64,000 bases of DNA from Candidatus Woesebacteria bacterium (GTDB lineage: Bacteria; Patescibacteriota; Microgenomatia; UBA8517): assembly GCA_020060565.1 (NCBI GenBank), contig JAGVAE010000002.1, positions 371,270 through 435,269 on the forward strand, given 5' to 3'. The notes under the pieces are model-generated. The model was not told the origin of the DNA and ran no database searches. It worked only from the letters and a program-made list of their open reading frames with translations. How positions within the stretch are numbered: position 1 is the first letter of the stretch; each line of letters opens with the position of its first letter. Below are positions 49,017 to 59,513 of the stretch, piece after piece. The translations under genes and the position numbers were made by a program.

Positions 49017-50081
49017 ATGAAAATTGCATTCTTAAGTTTTTATAGCGGTGTCGTTTATAGAGGTGTTGAGACATATGTCCACGAACTAGCTGACAAACTA
49101 TCAAAGATGGGTAATGACGTAACTGTCTATCAAAACGGCTCAGCTGTATATGGAGGTTCATACAATACAGTTGTTATTGGAGAGAAAACCCATATGTTTA
49201 AAAAAGGCACCGTAGCAATAGTATTAAATCAACTAATCGACGCATTTGTTGTTGGAAAGTTTACTCAAAAAGCACTAAATCAAATTTCTAAAGATACAGA
49301 TATTTTAGTTGCTACAAATAATCGACTTCAAGCTTTATTGTCAAGGTTGTGGTGTTTATCCAAAAAACCAAAGCTTGTTATTCCTGGACAAAGTGGTCCG
49401 GGACTCGACGAGAGATTTGCACTTTATTGTTTTCCAGACGCTTTTGTCCCCCTTTCTGAGTATCAAAAAGAATGGGCAAAAAAAATAAATCCATTAATTA
49501 AAGTTTCAAGTGTTATACATAATGGCGTATCGCTCGAAAAATTCTCAGGAAAGTTTAAAAGAATTGATTTTGGTTTGAAGGGTAAAGTTATCCTTTGTGC
49601 GGCTGCACTTTGGCACATAATGAAACGTCAACATTTATTAATACGAGCGGTTTCAAAATTAAAGGATGTTTCTTTAATTTTGGCTGGAAGTGGTGAGGAA
49701 AAAGAATATCTTGAAAAGTTGGGGCATGATATGTTGGGTAATCGTTTCCTTGTTAAATCTTTTGACTATGCTGAAATGCCCAGAGTATATGCAAGTTGTG
49801 ATTTGTTTTCTTTTCCAACGTGGAGAATTGAATCGTTTGGGATTGTTATGGTTGAAGCCATGGCATCTGGTTTACCAGTGGTTGCCAGCGATGACCCCAT
49901 CAGAAAAGAAATCGTTGGGAACGCGGGTATATTAGTCGATCCTACTGATACTGACGAATATGCTAAGGCTCTGCAAAAAGCATTAGATATAAATTGGGGA
50001 GACAAGCCCAGAAGACAAGCAGAAAAGTTTTCTTGGGATATAATAGCTAAACAATATGAAAATCTTTTCAAAACACTTTAA
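49017..50081 (+). CDS. glycosyltransferase family 4 (GT-B)
   Basis: ESFGIVMVEAMASGLPVVASDD. Confidence 0.8.
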   Translation: MKIAFLSFYSGVVYRGVETYVHELADKLSKMGNDVTVYQNGSAVYGGSYNTVVIGEKTHMFKKGTVAIVLNQLIDAFVVGKFTQKALNQISKDTDILVATNNRLQALLSRLWCLSKKPKLVIPGQSGPGLDERFALYCFPDAFVPLSEYQKEWAKKINPLIKVSSVIHNGVSLEKFSGKFKRIDFGLKGKVILCAAALWHIMKRQHLLIRAVSKLKDVSLILAGSGEEKEYLEKLGHDMLGNRFLVKSFDYAEMPRVYASCDLFSFPTWRIESFGIVMVEAMASGLPVVASDDPIRKEIVGNAGILVDPTDTDEYAKALQKALDINWGDKPRRQAEKFSWDIIAKQYENLFKTL

Positions 50082-51831
50082 AAACAAAGACAATTTATTC
50101 TTAATTGCAGTCTTAGTTTTTGCATTTTTGCTGCGTGTAATTCTTTTAGATCGTTTTCCAATTGGAATGACTCATGATGAACTGAATCATATTGTTACTG
50201 CCAAATCACTTTTTTTTGAGCACACATTCGTTCCAGGTACGGGACCAGCGGTACTTCCAACAAACATGTCCTATTCTACGGTTACAATACCTGAGGTTTC
50301 ATCAATAATTTTAGCTACATTAATTGGAGGGTTACCATTGTCATTATTCACAAGTAGAATCGTTGGTGCTCTATTCAGTGTACTTTCTATTTGGGCAATC
50401 TATTACATTGCTTTACATATAACCAAAAAGCGTTTGTTTGCACAAATAACCATTCTTCTAATGGCAATAAACCCATGGAGTTTTCTTCTTGGGAGAACAA
50501 TGGCTGAGCTTAACTTCTTTGTTGCCTTTTTTCTTTTAGGATTTTTGGTATTACTTAAATCGAAAGGGTGGGGAATAATGCGTGCTCTACCATTTTATTT
50601 ATTAGGCTTCTTTAGTTATACGGGAGGTCAAATTTCATTTTTAGCTTTTATGATAACCACTCCCATTTATCATTATTTTATTTCAACTAAAAACAAAAAA
50701 AATCTTAAGATATACGCTATTTTTATAGGTATTGTTTCCTTGATTTTTGCGGGATATGTTTTTGTAACTTTACAGAATCAAACATTTAAATCCCGTGGTG
50801 CAGAACTTTATTTACCAAACCAACCTGAAATTGCAGATACTGTGAATGAGAGTAGAAAGCTATCTATTCAAACCCCTTTCAATAACTTATTTATAAATAA
50901 GGCAACGGTATATGCCAATGGTTTTATTAGTAAATACATTAATACATTTTCTGTAGATTTTCTTTTCTTAAAAGGGGAAGCTCGTGCTATTTTTTCATAC
51001 CAAACTCACGGTACATTTTATTTAATTGATTTGATATTTATTGTAATAGGATTATCCTCACTATTTGTCATAAACAGAAAAGGTTGGATTTTATTCTTGG
51101 CAATAATTGCTGGTTGTTCTGTTACGTCGGGTTTAAGTGTAGTAGAAAGTTCATATAGTCAAAGAGTGGGACTTATTTATCCTTTCTTAATAATGCTTTC
51201 AGGAATTGGGATAGCGACAATAATTACAGAGGTAAAACAAAAAAAGTTAAGAATAATATTATCAATTGCAATTACTCTTTTATATTTAATCTCCTTAGCT
51301 AATTTGATGCATATCTATTTTATTCGTTTCCCAATTTATGCATCTGATGGCTGGTTTTTCCAAGACAGAGTACTCACAAGCTATATAAAAAAAGTTAGTA
51401 TGGCTAATACTGAAACTAAAGTAGTGGTCTATTCCGTAGAACCCAAGATAATTTTTGAGGAATATCTTTTTTATACCAACACATACGATAAAAATAATAT
51501 TAAACTAATTAATAAACAACTAGATATAAAGGATTATTCTATTGGTAACATAACCTTTACCGATAAATGTCCTGAGGCAAATCCTAATAAAGACACAATA
51601 ACAATTTTTGAAGGATCTATGGGTTGTTACACCCTATCTAGTCTTACAGATATGGTTCGAATCTCGCGATTAAAAGATGTTCATGCAAACTATCATATTT
51701 ATAATGACCAACTTTGCAATAATTTTAAATTAAATAGTTATATTCCTCTATCTGCATATAATGATTTTTCTGTAGAGAAACAATCTCTGAACCAATTCTG
51801 TTTAAATTGGGTTACTAAGATTGAAGAATGA
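50056..51831 (+). CDS. GT-C glycosyltransferase, ArnT/PMT-like
   Basis: LLDRFPIGMTHDELNH acidic motif after TM1; 591 aa; polytopic with a C-terminal soluble domain. Confidence 0.6.
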   Translation: MKIFSKHFKNKDNLFLIAVLVFAFLLRVILLDRFPIGMTHDELNHIVTAKSLFFEHTFVPGTGPAVLPTNMSYSTVTIPEVSSIILATLIGGLPLSLFTSRIVGALFSVLSIWAIYYIALHITKKRLFAQITILLMAINPWSFLLGRTMAELNFFVAFFLLGFLVLLKSKGWGIMRALPFYLLGFFSYTGGQISFLAFMITTPIYHYFISTKNKKNLKIYAIFIGIVSLIFAGYVFVTLQNQTFKSRGAELYLPNQPEIADTVNESRKLSIQTPFNNLFINKATVYANGFISKYINTFSVDFLFLKGEARAIFSYQTHGTFYLIDLIFIVIGLSSLFVINRKGWILFLAIIAGCSVTSGLSVVESSYSQRVGLIYPFLIMLSGIGIATIITEVKQKKLRIILSIAITLLYLISLANLMHIYFIRFPIYASDGWFFQDRVLTSYIKKVSMANTETKVVVYSVEPKIIFEEYLFYTNTYDKNNIKLINKQLDIKDYSIGNITFTDKCPEANPNKDTITIFEGSMGCYTLSSLTDMVRISRLKDVHANYHIYNDQLCNNFKLNSYIPLSAYNDFSVEKQSLNQFCLNWVTKIEE

Positions 51832-53078
51832 AATTATTAAAGGGAAAAAATCTGCTTCTTTTGGCTATTTTTTTGATTGCTGCAGCAGTCAGGTTTTACA
51901 ATTTCCCCAACCGTGTTACTTTTTGGAGTGAACAAGCGAGAAGTCTTGTAGTTTCGGCTGACTATATTCACCATAAACCATCGCTTCTTGGACAACCGTA
52001 TTTTATTAGGGAAGATTCAAACTCACACATCTTGTATAGTGGAGCGCTTTTTAATTATTCACTTGTTCCACTTCTTTTGGTAACTAATTATGACCCCGTT
52101 ATTATTACTGTATTTTTTACACTTCTTAATATCTTAACTGGGTTTGTAATATATTTAGTTGCAAAGAAATCTTTTAATTCATCAACAGCAATAATATCTA
52201 CATCACTTTTTCTTTTTAACGATTTGATGATCTATCACTCTCTTTTTATATGGGCTTATAATGTTCTTCCTCTGGTTGGAATTCTAACTTTATATTTTTC
52301 TTGGAAGTATACACATAAAAATTCAGAAAAAGATATTTTTACCATAGGTTTACTATCTGGAATTGGAATTAGTTTACAATTCCTTTTTGCACCAATTGCT
52401 CTTTTGGTTTTTATTGTTAACTTTATAAAAAGTAAAAATAAAATACTTGCAACTCTTTTATTTGGTTTTGGAATGATACTAGCTAATCTTCCAATGTTGA
52501 TTTTTGACATACGCCACAACTTTTATAATCTATCTACTTTATTCCAATACTTTCTTGATACCTTGGGGGGGGAAAGTAATGCTAGTTTTTCCTATTACTA
52601 TCTTCTTCCTTTTTGGCCATTGTTTGCAATAATTTTAGGTTACTTTGTTGTAAAAATTATCAAATGGGACAGATTAGTAGCTGCTTTTGTAATTACAATT
52701 TATATATATTTAAATCTGACTTCGCAAAGAGTGTCTTTTATAAAACCTACAGGAATGCCAGAAGGAATTAATACTAGTGATATTGATAAAGCTTCAAATA
52801 TTATCTCTAGAAACGTAAAAGGTGAATTTAATGTTGCAGAAGTCTTAGATTTTGATAAAAGGGCATATGTTTTGAGATATTTTACTGAGTATAAATATGG
52901 CAAAAAACCACTAGGGGAGACCCAATATCAAAATATCAAAGAACTATATGTACTCAGCCAAAAAGGTTATAATTTTGACAAATCAGATGTCTGGGAGGTT
53001 TATGCAGGTGGAAAGTATAATGTAAGCTTATTATCAGACGTAGGAAAAGGATACGCAGTTTACAAACTAACAAAATAA
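51828..53078 (+). CDS. polytopic membrane protein, family C copy 2; contains a G8 tract
   Basis: NLPMLIFDIRHNFYNLST, YYYLLPF and VWEVYAGG are shared with the 47746..48996 product. Confidence 0.5.
   Translation: MKLLKGKNLLLLAIFLIAAAVRFYNFPNRVTFWSEQARSLVVSADYIHHKPSLLGQPYFIREDSNSHILYSGALFNYSLVPLLLVTNYDPVIITVFFTLLNILTGFVIYLVAKKSFNSSTAIISTSLFLFNDLMIYHSLFIWAYNVLPLVGILTLYFSWKYTHKNSEKDIFTIGLLSGIGISLQFLFAPIALLVFIVNFIKSKNKILATLLFGFGMILANLPMLIFDIRHNFYNLSTLFQYFLDTLGGESNASFSYYYLLPFWPLFAIILGYFVVKIIKWDRLVAAFVITIYIYLNLTSQRVSFIKPTGMPEGINTSDIDKASNIISRNVKGEFNVAEVLDFDKRAYVLRYFTEYKYGKKPLGETQYQNIKELYVLSQKGYNFDKSDVWEVYAGGKYNVSLLSDVGKGYAVYKLTK
52565..52572 (+). repeat. homopolymeric G8 tract inside a coding sequence (encodes LGGE)
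   Basis: ccttGGGGGGGGaaag read directly from the sequence. Confidence 0.9.
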
Positions 53079-53098
53079 GCAATGCTTATTAGAATACC
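53079..53098 (+). promoter_or_regulatory. conserved spacer AAGCAATGCTTATTAGAATACC with a TAGAAT hexamer abutting the ATG
   Basis: Paralogous to the 48997..49016 spacer. Confidence 0.4.
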
Positions 53099-53938
53099 AT
53101 GAAAATATCAGTAATAATTCCAACTTATAATGAAGCAAAAGTAATTGATAATTGCTTGATGTCTTTGGCTAAGCAATCAATGGATGATATGGAGATAATA
53201 GTAGTTGATGATGGTTCAACCGACTCCACAATTAAGAAAATATCCAAATTAAAAACAGGAGATCTCAATCTAAAAATAGAAAGCGGATCTCACCAGGGGG
53301 CGGGTGCAGCAAGAAATTTAGGAGTCCAACAAGCATTAGGTCAAATCCTTGTATTTGTTGATGCTGACATGACTTTTGACAAGAATTTTATTGGAAATCT
53401 TGTTAAGCCGATATTATTAGGGGAAGCCAGGGGAACTTTTAGTAAAGACGAAAATGTAAGCAATTGGGATAACATTTGGGCAAGATGCTGGAATATAAAT
53501 GAAGGTTGGGAAGAAAAAAAACGCCACCCTAAAAACTATCCCGACCACCAGCCCGTATTTCGTGCAATTCTTAAAAGTGAATTTGATAGAGTTTGGGGTT
53601 TTACTCCAGGAGGATATGATGACGATTGGAGCTTGAGTAAAAAACTTGGATACCAGGCGAAAGCATCACCAAATGCAATCTTCTATCACAGAAATCCCGA
53701 ATCTTTGGGTGAAGTTTATAAACATGCAAAGTGGGTGGGAAAAAGAAAGTACAAATATGGTTTTCTTGGCTACATAGTAGGAATTATTAGAGCCTCAGTC
53801 CTAATCTCTTTAGTTGTAGGGATATATAAATCCATTAAACATTTATCACCAACCTTTTTAATATTTAAAATTATCTATGATTTTGGAATTTTGGTCGGTA
53901 TTATAGAACTTTTGATAAGTGGAAAATCTTCAAAATGA
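53099..53938 (+). CDS. glycosyltransferase family 2
   Basis: ISVIIPTYNEAKVI...IIVVDDGSTDST...VFVDADM. Confidence 0.8.
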   Translation: MKISVIIPTYNEAKVIDNCLMSLAKQSMDDMEIIVVDDGSTDSTIKKISKLKTGDLNLKIESGSHQGAGAARNLGVQQALGQILVFVDADMTFDKNFIGNLVKPILLGEARGTFSKDENVSNWDNIWARCWNINEGWEEKKRHPKNYPDHQPVFRAILKSEFDRVWGFTPGGYDDDWSLSKKLGYQAKASPNAIFYHRNPESLGEVYKHAKWVGKRKYKYGFLGYIVGIIRASVLISLVVGIYKSIKHLSPTFLIFKIIYDFGILVGIIELLISGKSSK

Positions 53939-55230
53939 TTTACTTAATTATCTTTGTGGGACTTATATTAAGACTGATTTCATCAAATCAATCACTGTGG
54001 CTTGATGAGGCTACAACTGCACTAGTTGCTAAGATGTCCCTGGGAGATATTTTTACTAAGTTTTTGCCTGGAGATTTTCACCCACCTTTGTTTTATTTAA
54101 TAGAGAAATATTGGTCTACGATATTTGGTTATTCAGAAATTGCACTAAGGGTTCCGTCAATTTTATTTGGTTTGGGGACAATCTATATCACTTACTTAAT
54201 TGCAAAAAAGATTTTTAATAGTCGCATAGCTCTTTTGTCTGGAGTACTAATGGCCACTTCAGGGCTTTCAATTTATTATTCTCAAGAAGCTAGAATGTAT
54301 AGTTTGGCTGCTTTTTTGGTTACTGCACTTTTTTATTTATTTCTAGAAAAAAAGTGGATATTGTTTTCAACTGTATTAGTTCTTCTTGGGGCTTCCGATT
54401 ACGTTTCTCTTTTTGTTCTTCCCGTGTTTTGGATCTTAGGTTTTAAAAATTGGAAGAAACTTTTGTTTTCCCATGTTCCAATTCTTTCATTCTTTGTAAT
54501 CTGGTTTCCTATATTTCAAAAGCAATTATTAAGTGGGCTATCACTTGAAGGATCTAATTGGTGGAATTTGTTAGGTCCTGCAACTTTCAAAAATGCAGCT
54601 CTGATTCCTGTTAAATTTATCTTTGGGAGAATAAGTTTTGATGACAAAACACTTTACGGCATTATTGCTGGGATTGCTATATGTTTATTTAGTTTTGTTC
54701 TTTTCAAAGTCAGAAAAAGTTCAAAGCTTCTTTGGGGTTGGCTGGTTATACCAATAGTACTGGGAATCTTGATTAGTTTTAAGATTCCCACTCTTTCCTA
54801 TTTCAGATTTATCTTTTGTTTACCAGCTCTTTATATTTTAGTGGCGGCGGGATTAGATAAGTTTACAAAATACAGATACTTACTTATAACAATCTTTCTT
54901 TTAATAAATATATCAAGCTCAATGTATTATCTTCTAACCCCAAGATTTCAAAGAGAGGACTGGAGGAAGGCAGTGGGTGAGATAGGGGAAGATGTAATAA
55001 TTTTACCAGCTTACTCACAAACTGAGGCTTTGGAGTATTATGGTAAGGGCGACCAAATAATAAACATTAACAATTTTGAGGGAGGTCAAAAGGTGGTTTG
55101 GCTCTCACGCTATGTTTGGTGGGTGTTTGATTCAACTGATTTGGCCAGGAAGAAAGTAGAGAGTTTAGGCTATAATAAGGTACTTGAAAACAACTTTAAT
55201 GGAGTGGTTTTTTGGAAATATAACAAATGA
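53935..55230 (+). CDS. GT-C glycosyltransferase, ArnT/PMT-like
   Basis: SLWLDEATTAL motif after TM1; polytopic; ATGA coupling with the upstream GT2 (a GT2 plus GT-C pair). Confidence 0.6.
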   Translation: MIYLIIFVGLILRLISSNQSLWLDEATTALVAKMSLGDIFTKFLPGDFHPPLFYLIEKYWSTIFGYSEIALRVPSILFGLGTIYITYLIAKKIFNSRIALLSGVLMATSGLSIYYSQEARMYSLAAFLVTALFYLFLEKKWILFSTVLVLLGASDYVSLFVLPVFWILGFKNWKKLLFSHVPILSFFVIWFPIFQKQLLSGLSLEGSNWWNLLGPATFKNAALIPVKFIFGRISFDDKTLYGIIAGIAICLFSFVLFKVRKSSKLLWGWLVIPIVLGILISFKIPTLSYFRFIFCLPALYILVAAGLDKFTKYRYLLITIFLLINISSSMYYLLTPRFQREDWRKAVGEIGEDVIILPAYSQTEALEYYGKGDQIININNFEGGQKVVWLSRYVWWVFDSTDLARKKVESLGYNKVLENNFNGVVFWKYNK

Positions 55231-56303
55231 AAATAGCAATCGATATAAGCCAAATAGTTTATGGAACTGGGGTATCTGTTTATACAAAGAATCTTGTAGA
55301 TAATCTACTCAAGATTGATCGTGAGAATGAATATATTCTTTTTGCGGGAAGTTTAAGAAGAAAAGGTGAAATTCTTTCAATATATCCTTCATCTAAAGTT
55401 TTTCCTATCCCTCCAACCCTAGCAGATTTGGTTTGGAATAGACTGCATGTATTTCCAATTGAGAAGCTAATAGGGAATGTAGATGTATTTCATACCTCCG
55501 ACTGGTCAGAACCACCCTCAAGTGCCTTTAAGGTGACCACAGTGCATGATTTAGCACCGTTTCTGTATCCCAACCTTTTTCCAAGAGACATAATTCGTAA
55601 TATTGTTGATGTTCATAAACATAAGTTGTCTTGGGTTAGGGAAGAGAGTAAAAGGATAATTGTTCCAACTAACGCTACAAAGAAAGATTTGATAAGTCTT
55701 GGGTATAAAGAACAATTAATTCGTGTTATTCCTGAATCAATCCCCGAAGGATTCAAAAAAGCATCCAAGGAAGAAATTGAAAGAATTCTTCGTAAATATA
55801 AAATCTTTGGAAACTATGTATTGTCAGTTGGAATTGATCCAAGAAAAAATACTGAAAGAATAATAAAAGCGTTTGAACATAGTTCTGCAGGACGGGATCT
55901 TAAAATGGTTTTGGTTGGGTCACCCAAATACACAAAGATAAAAGAAGCAAGGAATATTAGAATCCTGGGTAGAGTAGAGACAAATGACTTAGTAGCCCTC
56001 TACTCAGGTGCAAGTGCACTAATCTACCCATCCCTTTATGAAGGATTTGGTTTACCTATTCTTGAAGCCTTTGCTTGTGAATGTCCAGTGGTTACATCAG
56101 ACATTTCTTCAATGGCTGAAGTTGCAGGTGACGCAGCAGCTTTGGTTGATCCCTACAAAACAGAATCAATTGTGGAAGGTATTGATAGGGTATTGCGAGG
56201 TCCAAAGAGTTATATAGAAAAAGGATTAAGAAGAGTCCAGGATTTCTCTTGGGACAAAACAGCCAGGATGACACTGGATGTCTACAAGGAGGTCATTCTA
56301 TGA
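55227..56303 (+). CDS. glycosyltransferase family 4
   Basis: EGFGLPILEAFACECPVVTSD. Confidence 0.8.
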   Translation: MKIAIDISQIVYGTGVSVYTKNLVDNLLKIDRENEYILFAGSLRRKGEILSIYPSSKVFPIPPTLADLVWNRLHVFPIEKLIGNVDVFHTSDWSEPPSSAFKVTTVHDLAPFLYPNLFPRDIIRNIVDVHKHKLSWVREESKRIIVPTNATKKDLISLGYKEQLIRVIPESIPEGFKKASKEEIERILRKYKIFGNYVLSVGIDPRKNTERIIKAFEHSSAGRDLKMVLVGSPKYTKIKEARNIRILGRVETNDLVALYSGASALIYPSLYEGFGLPILEAFACECPVVTSDISSMAEVAGDAAALVDPYKTESIVEGIDRVLRGPKSYIEKGLRRVQDFSWDKTARMTLDVYKEVIL

Positions 56304-57196
56304 GTTGGGTCTGGGTGGCCTTGCTTTCACCAGCAGTTTACTCAATAGTTAATTTTGTTGATAAATATATTCTTTCGAGGCATATAAAAGACTATAGAGG
56401 GATTTCTATGTATTCAGCTGTAATGGCTGTTATTTTTGGATCATTTTTTTGGTATTTTGGAGGGCAGCCAATACTTTCATCTCGAGATTCAATACTTATT
56501 ATTACCTCAGGTGTTTTTACATTTTGGGCAATGGTTTTGTATTTCAAAGCTCTTTCACTTGAGGATACAAGTAAAATAATAATTTTATTTCAAATGGGGC
56601 CCGTGTTGATTTTAATACTATCCTATTTCTTTTTAAATGAAAGGATAAATTTAGGTCAATTTATTGGCTTTTTATTGGTCTTATCTGCATCTGTTGGAGT
56701 GTCGGTTGAAAAGAAAGAAATGAGATTGAAGCTCTCGAAGTCGTTCTATTTAATTTTGTTGAATCAAATATTGTGGTCGGTTGGGGCGGTGATTTTTAAA
56801 TTTGTAGTAGATCAAAACAGCTTTATAAAAGTTGTATCGTATGAGAGTTGGGGAATAGCTTTGGGAGGAATAATACTGTTTGCTGCATTTCCAAATATCC
56901 GTAATCCGTTTTTAAATACTTTCAAAACACTAGAAAAACGGGCTGTATTTTTTGTTTTCTTAAATGAAGGTATTTTTGTAATAGCAAGATTATTAAATTT
57001 TGCGGCCATATCAATGGGTCCTTTGGCATTGGTGAGTATCTTAGGAAGCACATCGGTATTTTTTGGTTTAATTTATGGTGTTATTCTTTCACTTGTTTTT
57101 CCAAGTATATTCAAAGAAGGGTTGTCAAAACAATCTATAATTAAAAATGTTGGGTTTGGGATCTTGGCATTTATAGGAATTTGTTTTATTTATTAA
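56300..57196 (+). CDS. DMT/EamA-like 10-TM transporter; tool start 56249
   Basis: Two repeats of five TM helices; AAGGAGG SD at 56287..56293, 7 nt upstream of the ATG. Confidence 0.45.
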   Translation: MSWVWVALLSPAVYSIVNFVDKYILSRHIKDYRGISMYSAVMAVIFGSFFWYFGGQPILSSRDSILIITSGVFTFWAMVLYFKALSLEDTSKIIILFQMGPVLILILSYFFLNERINLGQFIGFLLVLSASVGVSVEKKEMRLKLSKSFYLILLNQILWSVGAVIFKFVVDQNSFIKVVSYESWGIALGGIILFAAFPNIRNPFLNTFKTLEKRAVFFVFLNEGIFVIARLLNFAAISMGPLALVSILGSTSVFFGLIYGVILSLVFPSIFKEGLSKQSIIKNVGFGILAFIGICFIY

Positions 57197-57217
57197 TATA
57201 TTGAATATAATTGACTT

Positions 57218-58357
57218 ATGATAATAGGAATTGATGGAAATGAGGCTAATATTAAAAACCGAGTAGGTGTGAACACCTATGCTTACGAACTTCTTAAAAA
57301 TATGGCTAAACTACAGGATAGTGGAAAAAATGATCACAAACTCATAGTTTATCTTAAAAACGACCCCCTTAACGACATGCCCGAACAAACTGCGAACTTT
57401 AAATATAAAATAATTCCTGGTGGGGGAATGTGGATTTTAACAAAGCTTATGCCACGTTTAATTTTTAACTCAGATAAACTAGATGTCTTCTTCTCTCCAA
57501 GCCATTATTTACCACCTCTAGCGTCAATGCCACGCATATGCTCAATTATGGACCTTGGATACCTCGAGTTTTCGGAACAATTTACAAAAAAAGTGTTTTG
57601 GCAGTTGCGTTACTGGAGTGCTATCAGTATATATGTATCAAAAGCGGTCATTGCAATATCAAACAGTACAAAACGGGATATTGTACGACACTATCCATTT
57701 GCTGAACATAAAACCTACGTTACCCACCTTGCATATGATGTTAATCAATTTAACAAAGAAATATCAGAAAAAGATGTGCGACGTGTGTTAAATAAGTACT
57801 CCATAGTTGATGACTATGTTCTATACCTTGGAACACTCAAGCCAAGTAAAAATATAGAGGGTTTGATTGCAGCCTTTCAATCAGTAATTACCAATTACCA
57901 GTTACCAGTTAACAATTTAAAACTGGTGATAGCAGGAAAGAAAGGTTGGATGTTTGATACTATATACAAAAAGGCCAAGGATTTGGGATTAAGTGATAAG
58001 ATTGTATACACAGATTTTATTCCTGAAGAAGATAAGGCAGGGCTAATCGCAGGAGCTAAAGTGTTTGTCCTTCCTTCTTTTTGGGAGGGGTTTGGACTGG
58101 ACGCACTAAATACCATGGCAAGTGGAGTGCCAGTTGTAGCCAGTAATGTTGGATCTCTTCCTGAGGTGGTGGGGGAAGCTGGAATAATGGTTGACCCCAA
58201 TAGTATAGATAGTATAGCTGAAGGTATAGCTAGCGTACTTTCTGCTACTAAGTTAGAATATAATAGTATAGTGGAAAAAGGATTTTCCCAGGTATCAAAG
58301 TTTACCTGGGAAGAAACAGCCAAAAAGACTTTAGAAATTATTGAAAATGTTCACTGA
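57218..58357 (+). CDS. glycosyltransferase family 4
   Basis: EGFGLDALNTMASGVPVVASNVGSLPEVVGEAG; TATAAT hexamer 6 nt upstream of the ATG. Confidence 0.8.
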   Translation: MIIGIDGNEANIKNRVGVNTYAYELLKNMAKLQDSGKNDHKLIVYLKNDPLNDMPEQTANFKYKIIPGGGMWILTKLMPRLIFNSDKLDVFFSPSHYLPPLASMPRICSIMDLGYLEFSEQFTKKVFWQLRYWSAISIYVSKAVIAISNSTKRDIVRHYPFAEHKTYVTHLAYDVNQFNKEISEKDVRRVLNKYSIVDDYVLYLGTLKPSKNIEGLIAAFQSVITNYQLPVNNLKLVIAGKKGWMFDTIYKKAKDLGLSDKIVYTDFIPEEDKAGLIAGAKVFVLPSFWEGFGLDALNTMASGVPVVASNVGSLPEVVGEAGIMVDPNSIDSIAEGIASVLSATKLEYNSIVEKGFSQVSKFTWEETAKKTLEIIENVH

Positions 58358-58943
58358 CAAGACGGGGAAAAAACTAACAACATCACAGGCATTTCCAAAG
58401 ATAATGAATCGCATATATAACTATTTCTTAGATTTTGAATTGATGATACTAAGATGGGTGAGTCATGTGCCATCGCACTCTTTCAGAAAATTATTCTACT
58501 GCCTTTCTGGTATGAAGATCGGTAAAGGATCAGTGGTTCATATGTGGGCTAACTTTTTTGACCCAAGTGAGATAGTAATTGGGAATGACACAATTGTGGG
58601 GGATCATGCTTTCTTAGATGGTAGGGCACACTTAACAATAGGGAACCATGTAGATATAGCATCAAGTGTCATGATCTATAACTCAGAACATGATTTAGAG
58701 AGTAATGATTTTGTAGCAAGAACGGAACCAGTTGAAGTAGGAGACTATGTGTTTATAGGTCCCAGAGCAATAATTTTACCAGGAGTAAAAATAGGGAAGG
58801 GTGCAGTGATTGCAGCAGGAGCAGTTGTTACAAAAAACGTAGATGACTTCACCATTGTTGGAGGAGTACCCGCAAAAGTAATTGGGGAGAGGAAAAATAA
58901 AAATCCAGATTACAAATTAGGGAGGGCACGCCTTTTCCAATAA
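58341..58943 (+). CDS. hexapeptide-repeat acetyltransferase
   Basis: IGNDTIVGDHAFL...IGNHVDIASSV...IGKGAVIAAGAVV...VGGVPAKVI. Confidence 0.8.
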   Translation: MKMFTDKTGKKLTTSQAFPKIMNRIYNYFLDFELMILRWVSHVPSHSFRKLFYCLSGMKIGKGSVVHMWANFFDPSEIVIGNDTIVGDHAFLDGRAHLTIGNHVDIASSVMIYNSEHDLESNDFVARTEPVEVGDYVFIGPRAIILPGVKIGKGAVIAAGAVVTKNVDDFTIVGGVPAKVIGERKNKNPDYKLGRARLFQ

Positions 58944-59512
58944 TGTTTAAAAAAACCTTAATTGTTTTTTATGTTTTGTTTTCTCTAATTATTCTTTCTT
59001 ACGTATCACTCCCCAATTATAATTTTCCAACTCCCCCACCCGATTCTGTTCAATCAAAAGAACCTGCTGATATGGAAGAACCTTTAAGGAAAGCTTATTT
59101 TACCAATTACACAAGAAACGAAGTTCTTAGTTGGTATAAAGCACAATTTGATTATTCATCCGTAGGAAAAATAAAACTTCCAACATATTTACTAAATTAT
59201 CCACCTGAGGAATCACAAAGTATTATTCGTGATCAAACAAGAAGTACTTTTTTACAAGAGGTTGTTCATCCCTTTCGTGAGACGGTATTTATTAATGGTT
59301 ATGAACCAGCTACTGGAGATGATAAAAATAGGATTGTAATAGACGGAACACACTGGAGACAAAAGATTATTATCAAATACATTCCTAGTACATTTATTTT
59401 GAGATTTATTATTACCCTTGCAAGCTTAGCTGCAATTCCCGTTCTTTACTCTGCTTTTGTTTCTGAGTTTAGCTTCTTAAAAAAAATGACAAAAAGTCGT
59501 AGAATCAAATAA
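58943..59512 (+). CDS. hypothetical N-terminally anchored protein
   Basis: Single N-terminal TM, proline-rich linker; no family recognised. Confidence 0.35.
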   Translation: MFKKTLIVFYVLFSLIILSYVSLPNYNFPTPPPDSVQSKEPADMEEPLRKAYFTNYTRNEVLSWYKAQFDYSSVGKIKLPTYLLNYPPEESQSIIRDQTRSTFLQEVVHPFRETVFINGYEPATGDDKNRIVIDGTHWRQKIIIKYIPSTFILRFIITLASLAAIPVLYSAFVSEFSFLKKMTKSRRIK

Positions 59513-59513
59513 T

